Source of the DNA: Candidatus Sulfotelmatobacter sp.
GTDB taxonomy: Bacteria; Acidobacteriota; Terriglobia; Terriglobales; Acidobacteriaceae
DNA length: 64,000 nt
Assembly (NCBI GenBank): GCA_035264195.1
Contig: DATFQQ010000217.1
Coordinates: 2,028-66,027 of the forward strand
Direction of reading: 5' to 3'
Position 1 is the first letter of the stretch. Every line of letters starts with the position of its first letter. The position numbers and the translations under genes were made by a program. Positions 47,772 to 54,951 of the stretch are shown piece by piece. The notes below the pieces were generated by a model. That model saw only the letters and a program-made list of their open reading frames with translations, was not told the DNA's origin and did no database searches.

Positions 47772-48500
47772 TTATGATTTGGAACGTCGACCCGCGTTTT
47801 CCGGCTCGATCTGAGATTCCTTGCGCTTTTGTTCGAGCACTTCCTTGAGAGAGTCGCCCGCGTGCAGGATGTGGACGCGCAGAAGTTCGCAGGCCGCGGT
47901 AACGTCGCGCTGACGACAAAATTCAAGGATCTGGTGATGCTCTTCATTCGCGCGCTGCACACCATGGGTCAAGTACAACTGCAGCCGCGTATAGCGTTCG
48001 CCGCTGTTGTTGACGTTGCGGATGATGGCCATGAAGCGGGGTTGATTGGCTCGAGAATAAAGAATGGAATGAAATTGCCAGTTCAGGCGTCCCCAGGCTG
48101 AAAGATGTTCAGGCCGGCGGAGTTCGCTGACGTACTTTCGTAGCACTGCATCCGCTTCAGAGAAGTCCTCTTCAGTCAGATGAGGTATCGACAACTTCAG
48201 GACTTCTGGCTCGAGCAGGGCACGGATTGAGAACAGTTCTCCGATATCACTCGGCGATAGTGCCGGAACGATCGCACCACGGTTGGGAACGATGGCAATG
48301 AGACCTTCAGCGTCGAGCTGGCGAAGCGCCTCACGGACCGGGATGCGGCTCACCTGATATTGGGTAGCAATCGCGTCCTGGCGGAGTTGAGCTCCTTCGG
48401 GGATTTCGCCCCGGATGATTTGCTCCCGCAGCTTGTCGGCTACCGCAGAGGGCAGCGACTGGCGAGGAATGCCGGAGTAGGATTGGTTCTCGAGGTCCAT
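47772..48500 (-). CDS. GntR-family transcriptional regulator (FadR/FCD subfamily)
   Basis: Winged HTH LREQIIRGEIPEGAQLRQDAIATQYQVSRIPVREALRQLDAEGLI, followed by a helical FCD-like C-terminal domain. Confidence 0.9.
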   Translation of the reverse strand: MDLENQSYSGIPRQSLPSAVADKLREQIIRGEIPEGAQLRQDAIATQYQVSRIPVREALRQLDAEGLIAIVPNRGAIVPALSPSDIGELFSIRALLEPEVLKLSIPHLTEEDFSEADAVLRKYVSELRRPEHLSAWGRLNWQFHSILYSRANQPRFMAIIRNVNNSGERYTRLQLYLTHGVQRANEEHHQILEFCRQRDVTAACELLRVHILHAGDSLKEVLEQKRKESQIEPENAGRRSKS

Positions 48501-48658
48501 TCGGCGATCTGGCTACGACTCCGAATTGCGCGAATCGAGTATATCGCAGGTTGTATCCAGGAAGATGTTTTGGGGGTATCGGAACGCTTAACAAATGTCC
48601 TTTTTTCATGCGCTTGGAAACCATTTCCGGCGCGGCATAACGGGGATGGGAGAAAGGT

Positions 48659-48691
48659 TTGACGATTGCATATTGTATCCATAATATGGAT
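48659..48691 (+). promoter_or_regulatory. promoter TTGACG-N17-TAATAT overlapped by 15-bp palindrome ATCCATA-A-TATGGAT (candidate GntR operator)
   Basis: TTGACG at 48659-48664 and TAATAT at 48682-48687. The perfect 7-1-7 inverted repeat at 48677-48691 overlaps the -10 element. TTGTATCCA occurs twice, at 48551-48559 and 48673-48681. Confidence 0.55.
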
Positions 48692-48734
48692 CAGAGGTTT
48701 TGTTGAGAGAGTAGTTCGTTAGGCAAATTTTTGG

Positions 48735-49688
48735 ATGATACGCAACGAGTGGCAAAGAGTTAAGGTGATCGACTCCCATACCGGAGGGGAGCCGACCCGT
48801 CTCGTGATCAGCGGTGGTCCTGACCTGGGTAACGGTGATTTGGCAACGAGGTTAGAGCGCTTTCGCCGGGACTACGATACCTTCAGGTCCGCTGTGGTCA
48901 ACGAGCCCAGAGGATCCGATGTGGTGGTCGGCGGACTGCTGTGCAAACCCTTAGATCCGGAATGCGCCTCTGGCGTCATCTTCTTTAATAATGTCGGCTA
49001 CCTCGGGATGTGTGGCCACGGAACTATCGGGCTGGTCGCAACGCTCTGCCATATGAACAGGATTGCTCCAGGCAAACATAAGATCGAGACACCAGTCGGT
49101 GTCGTATCGGCGGTGCTACACGAGAGCGGTGACGTGACAGTAAATAATGTCGCCAGCTACCGCAGCGCGGAGAACGTGAAAGTAACGGTTCCGAATTATG
49201 GGGATGTCTATGGTGACGTCGCTTGGGGTGGAAACTGGTTTTTTCTGGTGCGCCATCATGAGAGGGAACTTAGCCTCAAGAACGTCGATGAACTAACGGC
49301 TTTCACCTGGGCCATTCGCGTGGCGTTACGAGAAAACCGGATTACTGGTGACCACGGGAAAGAAATCGACCATGTGGAGTTATTCGCCGCATCCCAAAAA
49401 ACAGGGGTCGACAGCAAGAATTTCGTACTTTGTCCTGGCAAGGCTTATGACCGCTCTCCTTGCGGAACTGGCACCAGCGCAAAGTTGGCTTGCCTCTATG
49501 CAGACGGGAAAATCAAAGAAGGACAGACTTGGCGGCAAGAGAGCATTGTTGGCAGCGTTTTTGAAGGAAGCATAAGGGTGGAAGGCGGCAAGGTATATCC
49601 GAGCATCAAGGGCTCTGCTTTCGTGAATGCGGAAGCAGATCTGTTGCTGAACCCGAAAGATCCGCTCTGCATGGGCATTCGCGTCTGA
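48735..49688 (+). CDS. 4-hydroxyproline 2-epimerase (proline racemase family)
   Basis: VIDSHTGGEPTRLV. Both catalytic Cys motifs are present (GYLGMCGHGTIG and DRSPCGTGTSA), which indicates an epimerase/racemase rather than a dehydratase member of the family. Confidence 0.85.
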   Translation: MIRNEWQRVKVIDSHTGGEPTRLVISGGPDLGNGDLATRLERFRRDYDTFRSAVVNEPRGSDVVVGGLLCKPLDPECASGVIFFNNVGYLGMCGHGTIGLVATLCHMNRIAPGKHKIETPVGVVSAVLHESGDVTVNNVASYRSAENVKVTVPNYGDVYGDVAWGGNWFFLVRHHERELSLKNVDELTAFTWAIRVALRENRITGDHGKEIDHVELFAASQKTGVDSKNFVLCPGKAYDRSPCGTGTSAKLACLYADGKIKEGQTWRQESIVGSVFEGSIRVEGGKVYPSIKGSAFVNAEADLLLNPKDPLCMGIRV

Positions 49689-49695
49689 CTTGGAT

Positions 49696-50826
49696 ATGAG
49701 CAAACCTGCATACGACATCGTGATCGTGGGCGCTGGAATAGTCGGTGCGGCGTGCGCCGACGCTTTCACCGAGCGCGGTCTGAGAGTTGTCGTTGTCGAT
49801 CGTGATGTTGTTGGCAGCGGAGCAACGGCCGCCGGTATGGGCCACATTGTCGTCATGGACGACTCCGATGCTCAGTTTGCTTTGACGAATTACTCGCAGC
49901 GATTGTGGCAGCAACTGAAACCGGAACTTCCAAACAACGTCGAGTACGAGCAACCCGGAACGATTTGGGTGGCTGCCGATGACGAAGAGATGGCCGAGGT
50001 CTTTCGCAAGCGCGACTACTACCAAAAACGTGGAGTTGCGGTTGACGTTTTAGATCATCAGCAGCTCCAAGAAGTCGAGCCGAACCTGCGGGAGGGACTC
50101 GCGGGAGGATTGCTGGTTACTAGCGATGGCGTTCTATACCCACCGTGTGCCGCACGATTTCTCATGACACGCGCACAACAACGCGGAGCCAAGCTCAGGC
50201 TGGGCGCTTCCGTAACTCAGATTGCGGAGCAAAAAGTCCGGCTTAGCGACCATCAGGAAATCTCAGCTGGAATTATTGTGAATGCTGCTGGCGCGAGCGC
50301 TGCCGACCTTACGCCGGCCATCGCCATCAAGAAGCGCAAGGGTCATCTCGTGATTACCGACCGCTATCCTGGTTTTCTGCGTCATCAACTCGTCGAGCTT
50401 GGATATCTGAAGAGTGCGCACTCGGTGTCGAGCGATTCAGTAGCATTCAACGTGCAGCCTCGCAGTACCGGCCAAATCTTGATTGGGTCGTCACGGCAAT
50501 ATGGGGCCGAGCACAAGGAAGTAGACCATTCGATGCTGGCAAAGATGATCCGTCGAGCTGAAGAGTACATGCCCGCGCTCGGGATGATGTCAGCGGTGCG
50601 CGTGTGGACCGGTTTTCGCGCAGCCACACCTGACAAGTTGCCGCTTGTCGGTCCCTGTCCGGGATATCGATCTTTGTGGCTGGCAACGGGGCATGAAGGC
50701 TTGGGAATTACGACTTCGCTCGGAACCGCACGACTCCTGGTAGATCAGGTGACCGGGTCCAAAACGGAGATTGCAGCCGAACCATATTTGCCGTCGCGTG
50801 CTGTCACTGAATATGCACATGCCTAA
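49696..50826 (+). CDS. FAD-dependent oxidoreductase, D-hydroxyproline dehydrogenase beta-subunit-like
   Basis: ATG at 49696. Dinucleotide-binding start YDIVIVGAGIVGAACA. DAO-family length. Confidence 0.8.
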   Translation: MSKPAYDIVIVGAGIVGAACADAFTERGLRVVVVDRDVVGSGATAAGMGHIVVMDDSDAQFALTNYSQRLWQQLKPELPNNVEYEQPGTIWVAADDEEMAEVFRKRDYYQKRGVAVDVLDHQQLQEVEPNLREGLAGGLLVTSDGVLYPPCAARFLMTRAQQRGAKLRLGASVTQIAEQKVRLSDHQEISAGIIVNAAGASAADLTPAIAIKKRKGHLVITDRYPGFLRHQLVELGYLKSAHSVSSDSVAFNVQPRSTGQILIGSSRQYGAEHKEVDHSMLAKMIRRAEEYMPALGMMSAVRVWTGFRAATPDKLPLVGPCPGYRSLWLATGHEGLGITTSLGTARLLVDQVTGSKTEIAAEPYLPSRAVTEYAHA

Positions 50827-51064
50827 TGAGTTCACAGTCACGGTAAATGGAACACCCGTTTCGGTGTCGCAAGGTGCAACGGTTGCCGTTGCCCTCATGA
50901 TGGCAGGACGGCCATGCAGGAAGTCGACGACGGGAGAGCCGCGTGGACCGTTATGTGGTATGGGGATCTGCTTCGAATGCCGCGCGGTCGTCAATGGCAT
51001 TCCACATTCTCGCAGCTGTCAACTGTTATGCGAACCCGGCATGGAAGTAAGAACGGATGAATAG
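50819..51064 (+). CDS. small (2Fe-2S)-binding subunit, D-hydroxyproline dehydrogenase gamma-like
   Basis: ORF 50771..51064. The ATG at 50819 (or 50813) overlaps the upstream stop. Cys cluster CRKS...CGMGICFECR, typical of HcnA/opine-oxidase-type small subunits. Confidence 0.7.
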   Translation: MPNEFTVTVNGTPVSVSQGATVAVALMMAGRPCRKSTTGEPRGPLCGMGICFECRAVVNGIPHSRSCQLLCEPGMEVRTDE

Positions 51065-52364
51065 TTACTCTCAGCAACGGTTCGATGTCCTCATCGTCGG
51101 TGGAGGTCCCGCTGGCATGGCGGCAGCCGTATCCGCAGCTAAGAGCGGCGTGCGGGTCGGTATCGTCGACGAGAACCCGAGTCTAGGAGGTCAAATCTGG
51201 CGTGGCGAGACGTCAAGCGGTTCGCACTCCGTGGAAGCCTCCAGTTGGCTGAATCAAGTAAAGACTTCTAGCGTGACACACCTCCAGGGAAAAAGAGTCT
51301 TCCATCAACCCGAACCCGGGGTTCTTTTGGCAGAAGGCCTTGACGATGTGGCTGAACTGAGCTACCGCACGCTAGTGTTGGCGACCGGCGCTCGAGAAAG
51401 GTTCCTGCCTTTTCCGGGCTGGACGCTGCCGAACGTAACTGGCGCCGGTGGGTTGCAAGCGCTCGTGAAGTCGGGTCTGCCAATTAAGGGCAAACGCGTC
51501 GTTGTAGCCGGGACCGGTCCGCTCCTGCTTGCTGTTGCCGCCTATCTTCGCAAGCATGGCGCAGAGATCCCAATGATTTGCGAACAAGCATCATGGAGCA
51601 GGCTGGCGAAATTCGGCCTAACCCTTTTGAGTCAGCCCGGCAAGGTCGCCCAAAGTCTGCACCTGAAGAAAGACATTGCCGGCATTTCGTTCGTTGCGAA
51701 TAGTTGGCCGCTTGCGGCTCACGGAAAAAATGCACTGGAAGCCGTGACGATCTCGCGTAGTGGCAAGTCTGAGGTTGTTAAGTGCGACTATCTCGCCTGC
51801 GGATTCCATCTGGTGCCCAATGTCGAACTGCCTGTTTTGATGGGATGTCAAACTCGCTGTGGCTATGTGCAGGTCAACGACCTTCAGCAAACCACAGTCA
51901 AAGATATCTTCTGTGCTGGTGAGCCGACTGGCGTTGGCGGAGTAGAGATAGCCCTCATGGAAGGGCAGATCGCCGGGCTAGCCGCTACGGGGCAGGTGTG
52001 CGAAGCGAAGACTCTCTTTCGTAAACGGGATAAGCTTCGCCGCTTTGCGCACGCATTGGACGAATCATTTTGCCTGCGTTCCGAACTTAGAAGTCTGCCC
52101 GCGTCCGACACTCTCGTGTGCCGATGTGAAGACGTTCCATACTCTCACCTGCGCGAGCACACCTGCTGGCGTTCCGCCAAACTGCACACGCGGTGCGGAA
52201 TGGGACCTTGTCAGGGAAGAATTTGTGGACCCGCCACGCAGTTCCTTTTCAAGTGGAATCCGGATTCGGTTCGGCCCCCGGTATTTCCAGCACGTGTTGA
52301 AAATCTGGCAGTCACCCCAGCATCCCAGCAGTCGATCCCAGCGGTTACAGGAGGGCTTCAATGA
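51057..52364 (+). CDS. FAD/NAD(P)-binding oxidoreductase, D-hydroxyproline dehydrogenase alpha-subunit-like
   Basis: FDVLIVGGGPAGMAAA plus a second dinucleotide fold RVVVAGTGPLLLAVAA. C-terminal Cys-rich tail CRCEDV...CGMGPCQGRIC. The start overlaps the upstream stop. Confidence 0.8.
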   Translation: MNSYSQQRFDVLIVGGGPAGMAAAVSAAKSGVRVGIVDENPSLGGQIWRGETSSGSHSVEASSWLNQVKTSSVTHLQGKRVFHQPEPGVLLAEGLDDVAELSYRTLVLATGARERFLPFPGWTLPNVTGAGGLQALVKSGLPIKGKRVVVAGTGPLLLAVAAYLRKHGAEIPMICEQASWSRLAKFGLTLLSQPGKVAQSLHLKKDIAGISFVANSWPLAAHGKNALEAVTISRSGKSEVVKCDYLACGFHLVPNVELPVLMGCQTRCGYVQVNDLQQTTVKDIFCAGEPTGVGGVEIALMEGQIAGLAATGQVCEAKTLFRKRDKLRRFAHALDESFCLRSELRSLPASDTLVCRCEDVPYSHLREHTCWRSAKLHTRCGMGPCQGRICGPATQFLFKWNPDSVRPPVFPARVENLAVTPASQQSIPAVTGGLQ

Positions 52365-53284
52365 ACTGGAAAGGCGTTACGCCGGCAATTACCACCCCTT
52401 TCAACGGGAATCTTACCGTCGATCACGGATTCCTGGCAGAACACTGCCGCTGGCTGCTGGATAACGGATGCGCCGGTGTAGTCGCGTTGGGGTCGCTCGG
52501 TGAGGGCGCAACTCTTACGTTCGACGAGAAAACAGAAATTCTTCGCACGCTCGGGAAGGCCACTCATGGAAAAGGTACTCTTGTGGCTTCGATTTCCTCG
52601 TTGACTACTTCAGAGTCTGTGGAACTTGCGAAAGCCGCGACCGATCTGGGATGTTCGGGGCTCATGGTTTTGCCGCCGTATGTCTACCTCGGAGATTGGC
52701 GTGAAATGAAAGCCCATGTCGCTGCGGTATTTCGCGCGACACCGCTTTCCTGCATGCTGTACAACAACCCGGTGGCGTACGGAACCGATTTCGTGCCTGA
52801 GCAGATTCAGGAACTGGCCTTGGAATTCGAAAACTTCAAAGCTGTGAAAGAATCCAGTACGGATGCGCGTCGTGTCTCAGCAATCCGTGCCCTCGTTGAC
52901 CAGCGACTTGAAATCTCCGTTGGAGTGGACGACGCCGTTCTCGAGGCAATCGGGGTCGGAGCGACCGGATGGGTTGCCGGCCTGGCAAATGCTCTCCCGC
53001 GCGAATCTGTAGATCTGTTCAACTACGGAATTCAAGGGGAAAGCGCCAGGGCATTTGAGTTATACCGCTGGTTCCTACCATTGCTCAGAATGGATACCGT
53101 CCCAAAATTTGTTCAACTGATCAAGCTGGTACAAGCCGAAGTTGGGATGGGAAATACTCGTGTCAGGCCTCCGCGGCTTGAGATTGTGGGAGCCGAACTC
53201 GATCAGACCAATGCAATCATCCGCGACGCATTGCGAACTCGCCCAGAGTTGGTGAGTTCGTATGCAGTTCCAGTCAGGAAGTGA
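52361..53284 (+). CDS. dihydrodipicolinate-synthase-family lyase, likely delta1-pyrroline-4-hydroxy-2-carboxylate deaminase
   Basis: DHDPS/NAL-family N-terminus GVTPAITTPF and the FKAVKESS Schiff-base Lys region. ATGA overlap with the upstream gene. The specific function is inferred from operon context. Confidence 0.75.
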   Translation: MNWKGVTPAITTPFNGNLTVDHGFLAEHCRWLLDNGCAGVVALGSLGEGATLTFDEKTEILRTLGKATHGKGTLVASISSLTTSESVELAKAATDLGCSGLMVLPPYVYLGDWREMKAHVAAVFRATPLSCMLYNNPVAYGTDFVPEQIQELALEFENFKAVKESSTDARRVSAIRALVDQRLEISVGVDDAVLEAIGVGATGWVAGLANALPRESVDLFNYGIQGESARAFELYRWFLPLLRMDTVPKFVQLIKLVQAEVGMGNTRVRPPRLEIVGAELDQTNAIIRDALRTRPELVSSYAVPVRK

Positions 53285-53288
53285 ACTT

Positions 53289-54881
53289 ATGTTAAGTGTA
53301 ATGGAAAAACTTTCGGGGCACTCGCTCATCGGTTTCCAAGAGGGCAGGGGGACCGGTGTTCCTCTGTACGCGCGAGATCCCACGACCGGTCAGCAGTTGC
53401 AGCCAGGTTTCATTCCCGCGACTGCGGAGGAAGTCGATCGCGCGGTCCAACTCGCGGCAGATGCTTTCAAAATCTACAGTCGGACATCCGGACGTGAACG
53501 CGGTGCATTCCTGCGGAAAATCGCGGCGAGCATCGAAGCCATTGCCGCTGACATTATAGAAAGGGCCGCTCAGGAGACCGCGCTTCCAGTCGCTCGTCTG
53601 CAAGGCGAGACCGCCCGTACCTGTAATCAACTTCGATTGTTCGCTCAGGTTGCGGAAGAGGGATCGTGGGTCAACGCTCGAATCGATCATGCCGAGCCTG
53701 ACCGCAAGCCAGCGCCGAAACCAGATATTCGCTCGCTGATGCGGCCGCTCGGTCCGGTGGTCGTGTTTGGCGCAAGCAATTTCCCACTCGCCTTTTCGGT
53801 CGCCGGTGGAGATACCGCATCGGCGTTGGCCGGTGGAAACACCGTGATCGTCAAGGCGCACGCGGCTCACCCAGGCACCGGTGAATTGGTGGGTCGTGCC
53901 TTGCAAGAGAGTGCTCGTGAATGTGGCATGCCAGAAGGGGTCTTCTCACTGCTGTTCGGGCACGGCTCAGAGATTGGAACGGCGCTCATGAAGCACCCAC
54001 TGGTGCGCGCCGGTGGCTTCACAGGCTCTCGCACGGCGGGCCGAATCCTGATGGACATCGCTGCCTCTCGCCCGGAGCCGATGCCTTTCTATGCAGAGAT
54101 GAGCAGCACGAATCCGGTCTTCATTCTGCCGGGAGCCTTGCGCGAGCGTGGCGCGAGTATTGCGTCCGGGCTGCACACGTCGTTCACCCTGGGGGCTGGA
54201 CAATTCTGCACCAAGCCCGGGATGGTTTTTCTTGAGAAGAGTCCAGAGGCCGACCGATTTGCCCGCAAGCTAAGCGAATTGGTCACAGGATCGTCAGGCT
54301 TCCACCTTCTCACCGAAGCGATCCACTCGTCATATGGCTCCTCGATCGCCAAGCGGAAAGCCGATCCCATTGTAACCACGCTGGTGGAAAGACAAGGTCC
54401 TGAGGCGAAAGGTTTCTGCGCCGATCCCATGGTGTTCGAGACCGATGCCGATTCATTTCTTGGCTCCGAACTGGACGCCGAGATCTTCGGCCCAACCACG
54501 CTGTTGGTGCGCCATTCGAGCCGCGAGCAGATTATTAAGATCGCAAATTCTCTTGAAGGCCATCTGACTGCAACAATTCATGGGACGGAGCAAGACCTTC
54601 GCGACTTTTCCGATCTCGTTGCCATTCTCGAAACGAAGGTGGGACGGTTGATCTTCAACGGTTTCCCCACAGGAGTCGAAGTCACACACGCCATGGTCCA
54701 CGGCGGTCCGTATCCTTCGACATCCGATGGGCGCTCAACTTCAGTCGGAACTCAGGCGATCTTTCGCTTCGCACGGTTAGTCTGCTACCAGGGATTTCCC
54801 GACGCCGCTCTGCCTGATGAACTGAAAGAGGCCAACCCATTGGGGATCTGGCGAATGGTCGACGGAAATTTCCGCAACTAG
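53289..54881 (+). CDS. aldehyde dehydrogenase, alpha-ketoglutarate-semialdehyde dehydrogenase-like
   Basis: ORF 53262..54881, trimmed to the ATG at 53289. ALDH motifs are present: FYAEMSSTNPVF and the catalytic Cys in GAGQFCTKPG. Confidence 0.85.
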   Translation: MLSVMEKLSGHSLIGFQEGRGTGVPLYARDPTTGQQLQPGFIPATAEEVDRAVQLAADAFKIYSRTSGRERGAFLRKIAASIEAIAADIIERAAQETALPVARLQGETARTCNQLRLFAQVAEEGSWVNARIDHAEPDRKPAPKPDIRSLMRPLGPVVVFGASNFPLAFSVAGGDTASALAGGNTVIVKAHAAHPGTGELVGRALQESARECGMPEGVFSLLFGHGSEIGTALMKHPLVRAGGFTGSRTAGRILMDIAASRPEPMPFYAEMSSTNPVFILPGALRERGASIASGLHTSFTLGAGQFCTKPGMVFLEKSPEADRFARKLSELVTGSSGFHLLTEAIHSSYGSSIAKRKADPIVTTLVERQGPEAKGFCADPMVFETDADSFLGSELDAEIFGPTTLLVRHSSREQIIKIANSLEGHLTATIHGTEQDLRDFSDLVAILETKVGRLIFNGFPTGVEVTHAMVHGGPYPSTSDGRSTSVGTQAIFRFARLVCYQGFPDAALPDELKEANPLGIWRMVDGNFRN

Positions 54882-54893
54882 TTTAAGAAAGCA

Positions 54894-54915
54894 AGCCCGG
54901 CTGAAGAGCCGGGCT
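54894..54915 (+). terminator. terminator-like hairpin AGCCCGGCT-GAAG-AGCCGGGCT
   Basis: A perfect 9-bp stem starting 13 nt after the ALDH stop. The downstream T-tract is weak (GTTCA). Confidence 0.45.
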
Positions 54916-54925
54916 GTTCAGCGAA

Positions 54926-54939
54926 AGTAAACGTTTGCC
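54926..54939. promoter_or_regulatory. LacI-type operator AGTAAACGTTTGCC
   Basis: Centred on CG at 54932-54933. It ends only 12 nt before the GH127-like start codon and begins 11 nt after the hairpin. Confidence 0.5.
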
Positions 54940-54951
54940 AAGGTGTCATAA

